Positions 1 to 8,825 of a stretch of 20,000 nucleotides of DNA are shown in pieces (the stretch's first letter is position 1; each line of letters starts with the position of its first letter). Source of the stretch: an uncultured virus (IMG/VR IMGVR_UViG_3300042380_000159) (Duplodnaviria; Heunggongvirae; Uroviricota; Caudoviricetes); IMG/VR virus record IMGVR_UViG_3300042380_000159; one strand, given 5' to 3'. A model generated the notes under the pieces. The model searched no databases, was not told where the DNA came from, and saw nothing but the letters and a program-made list of their open reading frames with translations. A program made the position numbers and the translations under genes.

Positions 1-271
1 CCTCATTCGCCACACTCACTGACTCCCATACTGCGGGGTTTGTCAAGGCTTGGCCGCCGCCGGATATGGAAAGGTTCGCGCGGACGCCGTAGTTCGACGT
101 TCCCGTGTTGGCACCGCCCAAGCACTCGACGCTGCACGTCCCGGCCTCGTCGGTCCAGGCGACGCTTCGCCCCTTTGACGGGCCGCCGCCATAGGTCCAC
201 GAAAGGCCGGTGACTTCCTGAAACGTGACGCCGTTCCACGTCACCGATACGCCGCTGCTGTAGCTCGCCAC
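1..271 (-). CDS. Second tail-tube-like protein (partial, runs off the window)
   Basis: Not in the ORF track. GTG at 271 follows GGGAGG and reads MASYSSGVSVTWNGVTFQEVTGLSWTYGGGPSKGRSVAWTDEAGTCSVECLGG..., open to the window edge. It resembles the 290..667 protein. Confidence 0.65.
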   Translation of the reverse strand, partial: MASYSSGVSVTWNGVTFQEVTGLSWTYGGGPSKGRSVAWTDEAGTCSVECLGGANTGTSNYGVRANLSISGGGQALTNPAVWESVSVANE

Positions 272-289
272 GGGGGCCTCCCTCTGTGG

Positions 290-667
290 CTACGGCACCT
301 GGAAGGAAGCGCTGCCTCGAACCGCGTCATTCACGGTGAGCGTCACGCTCGACGACTTGCAGGTGGCGGTCACGCTCAACGTGATCCCGCCAGTGATCGA
401 AAGGGTGCCAGTTGCCCCCTGCGCAATCGGGGCACCGCTTGCCGCGAGATATTCGATGCTGACTTCCTTGCCGGTGTCGCCAGCGGAGCCCTTGAGCGGG
501 CGACTCAGTGTTAGCACGGTGCTGCCGGTCGTCTGGCCGAGGTGCGAAACGTCGATCTGATCGGACGCGGCTTGGTCGCTGATGCTGTAGGTGATGCTGG
601 TGACGGTGTAATTAGCACCGGCAAAGGTCAGCGTGGTGCCAGACGAATCGTGCGGCGTGTACGGCAT
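290..667 (-). CDS. Putative minimal tail tube protein (125 aa)
   Basis: Directly follows the tail terminator. Ser/Thr/Gly-rich beta-strand pattern with IDVSHL, similar to the ID(V/T)T motif of siphovirus tube proteins. Confidence 0.65.
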   Translation of the reverse strand: MPYTPHDSSGTTLTFAGANYTVTSITYSISDQAASDQIDVSHLGQTTGSTVLTLSRPLKGSAGDTGKEVSIEYLAASGAPIAQGATGTLSITGGITLSVTATCKSSSVTLTVNDAVRGSASFQVP

Positions 668-670
668 TTT

Positions 671-1087
671 TTAACCCTCGCTCCACCAGCAGTCGTAGCG
701 CTGTGTTACCTGATAGACCGGCGGGAGATCCGCTCCAGCCAGCTGCACAAAGTCGTCGGATTCGTCTTCCAGCGACGTTTGCTTGACTTCCGTATTGTCC
801 GAAGTCCCCCCGTAGCCATCCAGAACGCGACGCATGGCGTCGGCCACCTGGCGAGCCTCCTCGTAGGTCACGCCGTAAATGCTGTACTCAACGCTCACGC
901 GGGGCATTCCCATCGGCCTGCCAAGCGTCTGCTCTCGGTCGATGCCAGATCGCCGCCATGTGACGAACGGCAGGGCGGCGGATGCCGGGGCTAGCACTGG
1001 ATAAATCCGCGAACCAAGCAGGGACGAGACGGCGGCATTACCGACAAGAGCGGTACGCAGGACGGCTTCTGGGGATTTGAGCGACAT
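671..1087 (-). CDS. Tail terminator/completion protein (DUF3168, SPP1 gp17-like)
   Basis: LLGSRIYPVLAP...LPFVTW...YEEARQVADAMRRVLDGY pattern; canonical position. Confidence 0.85.
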   Translation of the reverse strand: MSLKSPEAVLRTALVGNAAVSSLLGSRIYPVLAPASAALPFVTWRRSGIDREQTLGRPMGMPRVSVEYSIYGVTYEEARQVADAMRRVLDGYGGTSDNTEVKQTSLEDESDDFVQLAGADLPPVYQVTQRYDCWWSEG

Positions 1088-1089
1088 GG

Positions 1090-1818
1090 CTAAAAGGGCG
1101 TAGGCCCAACGTCCGAGTTGTTGCGTTTGACGGGGAAGTTTGCGGCAAGGTCTTTTTGGGCCTTGAGCAGTGCGTTTGTCATCTCAATTGCCAACTGCCC
1201 GCGCATCGTGCCAAGCGATTCTTGGTAAGCCGTCTTTACCGGCGGCCTGCCCTTCTTTCCACCAATTGGCATTTCTGGAATCCGCAGAAGCTGGCCTCGG
1301 GGTGCCTTCTTGAAAAACGCCTTGGGGTACTTTGGCGACGTGTTGACTCTGACAACACCAGCGAACTTGCCACGCTTTGCCACGCGGCCAATCTTGAAAG
1401 GGCCGATTGTCTTGAAGCTGGACGCAATCGAAGCGCCGCCACGCCGCGACGAGGTTTTGACTATGCGCTCTTTCGTCCCGAACTCCACGAAGCCAGCGTG
1501 AAAGGCGCGGTCCTTGCCCTTTTTCACTGAGCCACCGCGAGCCGACTTGGCCTTTCCGCTACCTGCTGCCGTAAAGCCAACAAGGCCCACGGCGTTTCCG
1601 CTGACGTATGTTTTGACTTTGCTGGTGACCGCTCGCGCCAGGTTGCCGGTTGGCCCTTTGCTGACGTTGCCACGAAGAGCCGTAAGCCCTGGCTTGAGGC
1701 TGCGGCGAATGGCTGCGCCCATGTGCTTGCGGGCGAGGTTCGGCCGGAGCTGGCGGAAAGCCTTCTGGAGTTCGCGGAGTTCTGGAAACTCCACCTTCAC
1801 GTCAATCCCGCCCGCCAT
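1090..1818 (-). CDS. HK97 gp10-like tail completion/neck protein
   Basis: PTGNLARAV and HAGFVEFGT motifs; located between head closure and tail terminator. Confidence 0.8.
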   Translation of the reverse strand: MAGGIDVKVEFPELRELQKAFRQLRPNLARKHMGAAIRRSLKPGLTALRGNVSKGPTGNLARAVTSKVKTYVSGNAVGLVGFTAAGSGKAKSARGGSVKKGKDRAFHAGFVEFGTKERIVKTSSRRGGASIASSFKTIGPFKIGRVAKRGKFAGVVRVNTSPKYPKAFFKKAPRGQLLRIPEMPIGGKKGRPPVKTAYQESLGTMRGQLAIEMTNALLKAQKDLAANFPVKRNNSDVGPTPF

Positions 1819-2135
1819 TACGTCACCTCTTCGCAGATCGCGACGTGTTCGGTTCGGTTGTCGTACTCAAGCAGGCTCACGATGTTCAGCGTGCGGGAAC
1901 GCCACGCGAAGCGATCCCGCTGCGTCAGCCCAGGCAAGTAGCGGAGCCGCACCTTATGCGTGATCGTCGTATCTTGCTGGCCTGCCGCCAGGGCCTCGCG
2001 GGCGCTCACGCCCTCGACGCTCGCCCACACGGCAGATGAGTCGCTCCACGCCAAGACCGTCTCGCCTAGGGCATTGGTCGTGCCGCTGGCAATCTGGACG
2101 GTAACACGCTCGCGGAGCTTGCCGGGCTCGATCAT
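1818..2135 (-). CDS. Head closure protein (SPP1 gp16-like)
   Basis: MIEPGKLRERVTVQ...VWASVE...THKVRLRY; ATG at 2135 overlaps the upstream TGA (ATGA). Confidence 0.9.
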   Translation of the reverse strand: MIEPGKLRERVTVQIASGTTNALGETVLAWSDSSAVWASVEGVSAREALAAGQQDTTITHKVRLRYLPGLTQRDRFAWRSRTLNIVSLLEYDNRTEHVAICEEVT

Positions 2136-2746
2136 CGGTAGGTGCCCCACTTCATGGAATCAAGCAGGCTGCTCACGCCGAAGGGCACGTCCTGCGGGAC
2201 TGCCCCGGTGGAGACGGTCGCGCCACGGGTTTCGTACCAGTGGCTCACGAGCATCAGGATGGCGTGGCGGATCGCGGCGGGCACGTCGGTCCCGCTGGCC
2301 CCGTATCCAGCCCACCACGTCACGGCATGCGCCCCGGCGTCGATCCGGTGCGGCGGCCATGTGCCCGCATAGATGGGCAGCACGGTGCCCGGCGTCGATT
2401 GGCGATCTACGCGGAACTGCTCCACGGCATAGGTGCCGGTCGTGCCGCCGTCTGCCGTGAACGTGAGCGACACAGCCGTGGCCGTGCCAGCGACGGCCAT
2501 CGGCGGGCGGGGTAGTTCCATCGCCTCGATGCCCGACGTGGGGAATCGGTCGAACCTCATCACCCACTGCGTGTAGACCAGCGTGCGGTCTAGGTACTGC
2601 TCGCACCACTCGCGGGCTGCCGTGATGAGCGACGACACGTAGGCATCATCTGTGGTCGTGTCGATCCGGCAATGCGACTTCGCCTCGGAGAGCGTCACGG
2701 GCTCCACGGCGGGCGGCGTCTGGCGGCTGAGGCTGCGGTACTTCAC
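2132..2746 (-). CDS. Head-tail connector (gp6/gp15-like, phiE125 gp8 type)
   Basis: EPVTLSEAKSHCRID...LITAAREWCEQY...AGYG...VPAAIRHAILMLVSHWYETR. Confidence 0.92.
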   Translation of the reverse strand: MKYRSLSRQTPPAVEPVTLSEAKSHCRIDTTTDDAYVSSLITAAREWCEQYLDRTLVYTQWVMRFDRFPTSGIEAMELPRPPMAVAGTATAVSLTFTADGGTTGTYAVEQFRVDRQSTPGTVLPIYAGTWPPHRIDAGAHAVTWWAGYGASGTDVPAAIRHAILMLVSHWYETRGATVSTGAVPQDVPFGVSSLLDSMKWGTYR

Positions 2747-2943
2747 TTTCGCTTTCTCCGCTTGGGCGTGGCGTCGGCCGTCTCCACGTCGTGCTCGACG
2801 GCGGCCGTCTCGATCAACTCCTGCTGCCGGTCCTCCACCGCGAACCGCTTGGCGATCAGTTCCGCCGCCAAGCCGCCGGGGATCTCCACGACCTGGCCGG
2901 GGCGGTAGTTGCGGAACGATCGCAGCATCTTCAGTTTCGTCAT
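2743..2943 (-). CDS. Small capsid-region protein (66 aa)
   Basis: MTKLKMLRSFRNYRPGQVVEIPGGLAAELIAKRFAVE... with a basic tail; start and stop overlap both neighbours. Small genes of this type are common between capsid and connector. Confidence 0.75.
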   Translation of the reverse strand: MTKLKMLRSFRNYRPGQVVEIPGGLAAELIAKRFAVEDRQQELIETAAVEHDVETADATPKRRKRK

Positions 2944-3707
2944 TGAGGGACGCTCCATGCAGTTTCGGGCTTCGTCATCGTGTTGCAGTATTCCGTGGCG
3001 TGCTGATAGACGGGCTTGCCAAGGTCTTTGCCGGGCCATGTGAAGACGTACTCGCCGTGCCCAATGCACACCCGTGGCGTGACGAACACACGGTTTCCGC
3101 TCTCTCGCCAATTGACCCAGAATGCGATGTCGGCATCTCGCCGGGGTCGCCAGTTTGGATCGCCCGGCTTCCTCGGCTCTTCGTCCCATGTGCCGTCGCT
3201 GTTGGGCAGTTCCTGCATCCACGGAAGTTTGCACCGCTTCAGGGCGGCCGTGCTCAGGATGGTGCAGCCGAAGTGCGCTGTGTCCACTTCCTGGACCGGC
3301 TCGGCAAACCACTCCCTTGGCAGCGTTGTCGTGCCGCCCTCGGGCGGGTTGTCGAGCGTGCCTCGCAAGGTAAGCATCGGCCTGCCGTCCTCCCGCTTGG
3401 TTTGCAGCGGAGCGAGCGCGTCGCACTGGAACGTCATGGCCAGGGCGAACAACTGTTCGAGGTCGTCACGACTGAACGCGCTGTCGTAATCAATAACGAG
3501 CAGGTACTCGCATTTGTCTACGAACTTTTGGCAGACCCTCGACAGGCACTGGGACCAAAACGCCCCTTGCATCATCGTCGGCCGAATTCCTAGCGGCATG
3601 AGCGCCTGAGCCCATGTGTAGAAGTTTGACATGAACCCGAGCCGAGGGACGCTCATTACGGCTTCCACCCGAACGTCGGCTTCGGTTCCACCCACACGCA
3701 CGATCAT
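2940..3707 (-). CDS. GT-A fold glycosyltransferase-like protein
   Basis: YLLVIDYDSAF (hhhhDxD), HFGCTILS, DADIAFW and IGH motifs typical of GT2-like enzymes; ATG at 3707 preceded by GAGGT. Confidence 0.75.
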   Translation of the reverse strand: MIVRVGGTEADVRVEAVMSVPRLGFMSNFYTWAQALMPLGIRPTMMQGAFWSQCLSRVCQKFVDKCEYLLVIDYDSAFSRDDLEQLFALAMTFQCDALAPLQTKREDGRPMLTLRGTLDNPPEGGTTTLPREWFAEPVQEVDTAHFGCTILSTAALKRCKLPWMQELPNSDGTWDEEPRKPGDPNWRPRRDADIAFWVNWRESGNRVFVTPRVCIGHGEYVFTWPGKDLGKPVYQHATEYCNTMTKPETAWSVPQ

Positions 3708-3718
3708 GCAGACCTCGC

Positions 3719-3756
3719 AAAAAGAGAGCGGGCCGCCCCGTTGTGGAGCGGCCCGC
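3719..3756 (-). terminator. Rho-independent terminator after the major capsid gene
   Basis: Perfect 9-bp stem GCGGGCCGC/GCGGCCCGC (3728-3736 with 3748-3756) followed on the minus strand by TCTCTTTTT. Confidence 0.8.
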
Positions 3757-3787
3757 CCAGTTTGCACATCACGTCAAGCCGTCAGTC

Positions 3788-5098
3788 TCACGCACCGACC
3801 AGGCCGATGACCGGACCGGCGACGGTCGAGGTGCCCAGGTTCGGATGCGCGATTGCAACCCTGGCCACCGCGCGAATCACGGTCTGGTCGCTGAGGAAGT
3901 TCACCTGGTCGCTGCTCGCGATCTCGATGGACTGCCGCACGCCGTAGTAGGAGCTGTTGGCCATGTTGCCGTACAGCGCCATCACCACGCCCGTCGAGTC
4001 CGCACCGGCCGGGAGCCGGTCGGTGAGGACCACCGGCGAGCCCAGGAAGGTGAGGCCCATGCCTTGCGACAGGCCAACCGAACCGCCCTGATTCAAATCG
4101 AGACTCTGCATGCAGGTCGCGAAGAAGTAGGGGCTCACGAACCACTTCGCACCGGCACGACTGTGCTGCGGAACCGCAGCCATCATCGCAAGCAGGTTCG
4201 CCTTGGTGATCTCTTCGGGGGTGTCGCCAGCGCCGGTCACGAGCGACGCGGCGTAGGTGGCACCCGAGGAGGCTAGGAGGCCGCCCGTGTGGCTGGTCAC
4301 AAGACCGGCCACGCCGGGAGCGTTCGCCGGGTTGCCGCTCCACGCAGCCGCCTCAACGGCGTTGGCGAGCGACAGACCCAGTTCCGTGGCGATGAAATCC
4401 GAAATCGAAACGATCGAGTCAGCAAGCAACTCGCTCGCGATCACCACGGCCCCACTGACCTTGCGAGCCGTCAGCGAGACCTGATTCATGGTCGGGTCGC
4501 TGGCAGTGATCGCGGTGTTCTCGTCGATCCAGTACGCGGTCGTTCCGCCGGACCTGCGAGGAAACTGGAGCACGTCGCTCGGCATCGTCACGCTCGTGGC
4601 GTTCTGGGCGAAAGCCGAATACTGGTCAACGAGCCGGATGACCGTCGAGGAGAGCACGTCGGGCACCACGGCCGAACCGCTGTTCGCCGAGGTCGAACCC
4701 ATCGCACGGGCCTCGACGCCGTGATCCTGGCACCACCGCTTGGCCTCGGCGTCGCCGCTCTTGGCCTTGAACCACATGCCCACCTTGTAGGCGTCTTCGG
4801 CCTTCTCGAACGCACGGAGGCGGCCCGAGAAGGGAACGGCCTCGATGCGGACCTTGGGCTCATCGGCGCGGACCTCGGGGGCGGGCGAGCAGCGCTCGAC
4901 CACGGACCGCAGGCTCTTCGCCGACTCAACGACCTTCTTCTCGAAGTCGATCTTGGCGGTGAGTTCGTCGGCACGCTTGTTGAGGTCGATCAGTTCGACA
5001 TCGCGAGCGGTCGTGTCTTCGGCCTCGATCGCACGAACGGCGTCGATCCGGTTGGCGAGGGCAGCCGCCTCGTCCTGAAGCTTCTTGAGGTTGTCCAC
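3788..5098 (-). CDS. Major capsid protein, HK97 fold
   Basis: N-terminal coiled-coil delta domain, GSAVVPDVLSSTVIRLV, IASELLADS, TFLGSPVV, YGNM; GTG start with AGGAG upstream. Confidence 0.95.
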   Translation of the reverse strand: MDNLKKLQDEAAALANRIDAVRAIEAEDTTARDVELIDLNKRADELTAKIDFEKKVVESAKSLRSVVERCSPAPEVRADEPKVRIEAVPFSGRLRAFEKAEDAYKVGMWFKAKSGDAEAKRWCQDHGVEARAMGSTSANSGSAVVPDVLSSTVIRLVDQYSAFAQNATSVTMPSDVLQFPRRSGGTTAYWIDENTAITASDPTMNQVSLTARKVSGAVVIASELLADSIVSISDFIATELGLSLANAVEAAAWSGNPANAPGVAGLVTSHTGGLLASSGATYAASLVTGAGDTPEEITKANLLAMMAAVPQHSRAGAKWFVSPYFFATCMQSLDLNQGGSVGLSQGMGLTFLGSPVVLTDRLPAGADSTGVVMALYGNMANSSYYGVRQSIEIASSDQVNFLSDQTVIRAVARVAIAHPNLGTSTVAGPVIGLVGA

Positions 5099-5146
5099 TG
5101 TGGTGAATCTCCTGGCGGCGGTATTGCCGTGGAGTCCACAGTGCCA

Positions 5147-5317
5147 CTAGCGGGCGGGTCTCTTGCAGAACCGCACTTCGGAAAGTGTTGTTTTCACAAA
5201 CGCCACCGCCCGAGCCCCGCACCGGGGGCAGCGCAGATACCGCTGCCGCTCGTCACCGCAGGGGCGGCTGGAACGGCAACGGAGTTTCTCGCCGCAGGTG
5301 CAGCGTGCTTCAGACAC
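5147..5317 (-). CDS. Small zinc-finger protein (Ogr/Delta-like), 56 aa
   Basis: Not in the ORF track. MSEARCTCGEKLRCRSSRPCGDERQRYLRCPRCGARAVAFVKTTLSEVRFCKRPAR*; the GTG overlaps the protease 3' end and the ORF fills the protease-capsid gap. Confidence 0.6.
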   Translation of the reverse strand: MSEARCTCGEKLRCRSSRPCGDERQRYLRCPRCGARAVAFVKTTLSEVRFCKRPAR

Positions 5318-5981
5318 GGCGAAGCCTCAGTGCCCACGCCGCAGCGGCGTCACGGACCAGGGAACGCACGGCCTTCTTCACTTCGGGCTCGGCATCGGCG
5401 TCGGCTTCGACGGCCGCAGCCTGCTCTGCCAGCCACGCTTCATAGGACCGCCGGGACACCACCGCAGTCGTCGCACTGCCGTAGGCGGGCACGTTCACGG
5501 GGCCGACCTCGTAAAGGCCGGAAGCCTCCACGATCTCGCGGATGGCCTTGCCGCTTTCGTCCGTCGTGTAGCGCTCACCCTTCTGGCTCACGGTGAAGGC
5601 GAAGGAGCTCCCCGTCAGCAGGCGAGCCCGCACCAGGGCGAGAACGTCACGGCCCGCCGAGGTATCCGGCGGCTCGACGACATACGAGATGCCACGCTCG
5701 TCGGCGATGATCTCAAGCGTTCCAGCCGACTCGCGGCCCAGCAGCATGTCGCTGTTGTGGTTGTAGTACGAAAGGATCTCGCCCTTGCCCCGCTGGCGGT
5801 TCAGCACCTTGTCGAAGGCACCCGGCAGGATTCGCTCGCGAAAGCCACCGAGGTCGAGGGAGAGCCGGTTGTAGGGCACCGCCAGGCCACGGATCGCCTC
5901 GCGCCCGCTGGCGCGCGTTTCGATTTGCAGCTCGCACTCTGGGGCTTCGTCTACGGTCAGGCAGCGGCGTTCAATTTCCAT
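5310..5981 (-). CDS. HK97-family prohead maturation protease
   Basis: GFRERILPGAF, YNH (His), GSSFAF (Ser), LYEVGPVNVPAY; ATG at 5981 with AGGAGG. Confidence 0.95.
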   Translation of the reverse strand: MEIERRCLTVDEAPECELQIETRASGREAIRGLAVPYNRLSLDLGGFRERILPGAFDKVLNRQRGKGEILSYYNHNSDMLLGRESAGTLEIIADERGISYVVEPPDTSAGRDVLALVRARLLTGSSFAFTVSQKGERYTTDESGKAIREIVEASGLYEVGPVNVPAYGSATTAVVSRRSYEAWLAEQAAAVEADADAEPEVKKAVRSLVRDAAAAWALRLRRV

Positions 5982-7260
5982 CGGTGGAATCCTCCTGTTC
6001 GGCTTCATCCTCGGCGTCGTCGGCCGGGCTTTCCTCGTCCTCGACGGGCTGCGCTGGCATCGGCTCCGGTGCCGGTGCGTCCTGGCCAACCTTGTCGAGC
6101 GTGGTCATGTTGAGTTGCACGAAGTGCTTGTCGCCGTCTGGCCCAATCGGGTTCAGGTTCTCGGCCTCTCGTATTTCGTTGATCGTCATCCAGCCGTTTT
6201 GCAGGGCCGACACATAAAACGCCGCCCGGCTTGTGTGGTCACCCCGCAGCAGGCCGTTGACGTTGTGCTCCGCGAAATAGGTCTCATCGTCCACGATGAG
6301 GTCGCGGGAGATCGCCGCCTCCCACCGCTTGAGGTGCGGCAGCAGGCAATGCTGGACGAACTCCGTGCCTTGCACTTCGATGTTCGAGTAGGTGCTGCGG
6401 GTCAGGTCTTGGATCATGTGGGGCGGCACGCGGAACGCCCGGCAGATCTCAATCACTTGGTACTGCCGCGTTTCGAGGAACTGCGCCGCCTCATTGCTGC
6501 CGCTCAGTTCGTGGGCCTTCACGCCGTTGGGCAGGACCGCCGTGCGGAACGCACGATCTGCGCCCCGGTGCATCCGCTCCCACTGCTCGCGGAGCCGCTC
6601 GGCGGCCTCCACCGGAATCGGGTTGTCACTCTCCAGCACGATGCCCGGCCGGGCACCGTTGCCGAAGTAGGTGCTGCCGTGGGCCTCAAGAGCCTGGGCC
6701 AGCCCGATCGCGTTTTGGAAAATCTTGTATGTGGGGATCGCGCGAATCCCGTCCTCGGTCGTGAACCGCAGGGCGAAGATCTGGTCTTGGCTGTAGATCG
6801 TCTCGCGCCCGCTCGGCTCGCGATACCGATACCGCAGCGTCCCGTCAGACAGCCGCTCCACCTCCATCCGCGACGAGTGCAGCGGCCACAACTCCGAGAC
6901 GGCACCGCGAGCACCGGGGCGGATCTCGGCGTAGGACGCACCGTAATGCAAATACATTCCGGTCATCCAATCGCGGAACTCCTGCGCCGTCTGCCAGGGG
7001 TTCGGCTGCTGGTGGAGCAGGCGATACACGGGGTGGCTCGTGGCCTTCTGCTTGCCGCCGTTCGCCATCCGCTCGTAAACATGGAGCGGCAATGCGGAGA
7101 CGGCATCCGAGATCACGCGGATGCAGGCCGTGTAGGCCGAGCAGGCCATGCTGTTGTCGGCGTTGACGCGGATGCCCGAAGGCGTGCGAGACGGCGAAAC
7201 CTCGGGCCAGTCGATGCCACGCAAATCAAACATCCTGAAGTCGGCGGCGTTTTCGCTCAT
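5971..7260 (-). CDS. Portal protein, HK97 family
   Basis: ACIRVISDAVSALPL, HPVYRLLHQQPNPWQT, FGNGARP, ICRAFRVPPHMI, GWMTINEIREAENLNP; ATG at 7260 overlaps the TerL stop. Confidence 0.95.
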   Translation of the reverse strand: MSENAADFRMFDLRGIDWPEVSPSRTPSGIRVNADNSMACSAYTACIRVISDAVSALPLHVYERMANGGKQKATSHPVYRLLHQQPNPWQTAQEFRDWMTGMYLHYGASYAEIRPGARGAVSELWPLHSSRMEVERLSDGTLRYRYREPSGRETIYSQDQIFALRFTTEDGIRAIPTYKIFQNAIGLAQALEAHGSTYFGNGARPGIVLESDNPIPVEAAERLREQWERMHRGADRAFRTAVLPNGVKAHELSGSNEAAQFLETRQYQVIEICRAFRVPPHMIQDLTRSTYSNIEVQGTEFVQHCLLPHLKRWEAAISRDLIVDDETYFAEHNVNGLLRGDHTSRAAFYVSALQNGWMTINEIREAENLNPIGPDGDKHFVQLNMTTLDKVGQDAPAPEPMPAQPVEDEESPADDAEDEAEQEDSTDGN

Positions 7261-8825
7261 ATGCTCATGATGTCCCAGGATTGTTCGGGCGGCGGGGCCG
7301 TGGCCGTCGCGTGAATGCCGAGGGCCATCGTCAGCGCCACGATGCCGTCGATGCGTTCGTTGCTCTTCGCCTTGCTGGGCTTGATGTTTCCGGCGTGGTC
7401 CTGCTGAATCGCCACGTTCGACGCCTGCCACGCCAAGACGGGATGCCCGCCGTGGTGCAGTCGCCCCGCAACGCAGGCCGCCTCAAGGGCCTTCGCTGCG
7501 GAACTCATCGAACTGTAGCCTTGCCCAAAGCCTAAGACGTTGACCCCATCGCCTTGCAGTTGCGTCGCCAGCTGGGTCGCGTTCCAGCGGTCAATCGCCA
7601 CCTGCCGGATGTTGTATTTCTTGGTCAGAGCCATGATGTCGGCCCGCACCTGGTCGAAGTCGGTTACGTTGCCTTCCGTGAACTTAAGGTGGCCCTGCCG
7701 CTCCCAAGTGATATAGGGCACCTTGTCCCGCTTCTCGCGCTGGTGGGCGTTCTCACGTGGAATCCAGAAGTGTGGCTCCACCCAAAAGCTGCCGTCGTCC
7801 AACTGGAACAGCAGGCAGAAGCAGGTCGTGTCGAACGTGCTGGCGAGATCGAGGCCCGCGAAACACTCCCGACCGTCGAGCATCACCGGGCAGGGCTTGT
7901 TGCCCTGCGCCCACTTATCCATCTGGAGCCACCGGGTGCTCTGCTCCGTCCAACAATTCAAATAAAGCTGCTTGAAGGTGTTCTCGTATGAGGGCATCTC
8001 GACCGCCCTCGCGCATTCGCTACGCAGGAAGTCGAGCTTGATTGAGACGCCCAGATTCGGGTTTGCAGTGGCCCAAGTTTTTTCAGACTTCCAATCAGCG
8101 CCATCAGGGGCACAGTAGATTTCGGGCAGGAAGGTCTCGTCTTTGATTGCCCCCGCTTGCACCGCTTCGGCATATCGCCAGATCTCATAGCACACAGACC
8201 GGCGATCCCAGCCTGCCGTCGTGATGTAGATCATGAGCGGCTGCCGCCTTGCGCCCATGCTCGTTTGCATGACATCGGCCAGCTCGCGGTCTGGCTGGGC
8301 GTGCAGTTCGTCGAATATCACGCCGTGAGCGTTGAGCCCGTGCTTCGTGAACGCCTCAGCCGATAGCGCCTTGTAAAACGAGTGCGTATCCTCCCGCACG
8401 ATTGAGTTGCGATAGACCTTAAGCCGCGACCGCAGCGAAGGCGACATTTCCACGCACGCCTTTGCCATCTCGAACACCAAGCGTGCCTGCTCGCGGTCAG
8501 CCCCGCACGAAAATATCTGTGCGCCTGGCTCACCATCGAACAAAAGTTTGAGAGCAATCCCAGCGCACAGCGTGGATTTTCCGTTCTTGCGAGGCAGTGC
8601 CAGTAGGCTCGTGCGGTATTGGCGAAGGCCATCCGGCCGCAGCGTCCCAAAGAGCCGCCCGATGTAACTGGCCTGCCACGGCTCCAGGGCAAAAGGCTTG
8701 CCGCCGAGCTCGCCCTGCGTGTGCCGCAGATGCTTGGAAAAGAAATTGACCGCATCGACGCCAGCCTGGGCGTAGCTAGGCGAACATGCGGGCGTCTTCG
8801 TCGTCTTCTTGCGGGCCTTGGTCAA
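7257..8825 (-). CDS. terL: Terminase large subunit
   Basis: Walker A PRKNGKST, Walker B VIFDELH, ITTAG, nuclease motifs GLDLAST and RIDGIVA; the only plausible in-frame start is a TTG inside terS. Confidence 0.95.
   Translation of the reverse strand: MTKARKKTTKTPACSPSYAQAGVDAVNFFSKHLRHTQGELGGKPFALEPWQASYIGRLFGTLRPDGLRQYRTSLLALPRKNGKSTLCAGIALKLLFDGEPGAQIFSCGADREQARLVFEMAKACVEMSPSLRSRLKVYRNSIVREDTHSFYKALSAEAFTKHGLNAHGVIFDELHAQPDRELADVMQTSMGARRQPLMIYITTAGWDRRSVCYEIWRYAEAVQAGAIKDETFLPEIYCAPDGADWKSEKTWATANPNLGVSIKLDFLRSECARAVEMPSYENTFKQLYLNCWTEQSTRWLQMDKWAQGNKPCPVMLDGRECFAGLDLASTFDTTCFCLLFQLDDGSFWVEPHFWIPRENAHQREKRDKVPYITWERQGHLKFTEGNVTDFDQVRADIMALTKKYNIRQVAIDRWNATQLATQLQGDGVNVLGFGQGYSSMSSAAKALEAACVAGRLHHGGHPVLAWQASNVAIQQDHAGNIKPSKAKSNERIDGIVALTMALGIHATATAPPPEQSWDIMSI

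Noticed and set aside
3..239. 78-aa Arg-rich minus-strand ORF from the track
   Set aside because: The alternative frame starting at GTG 271 has an RBS and tube-like sequence
4289..5596. 435-aa plus-strand ORF
   Set aside because: Antisense shadow of the capsid and protease genes in high-GC DNA; no recognisable motifs
6115..7314. 399-aa plus-strand ORF
   Set aside because: Antisense shadow of the portal gene
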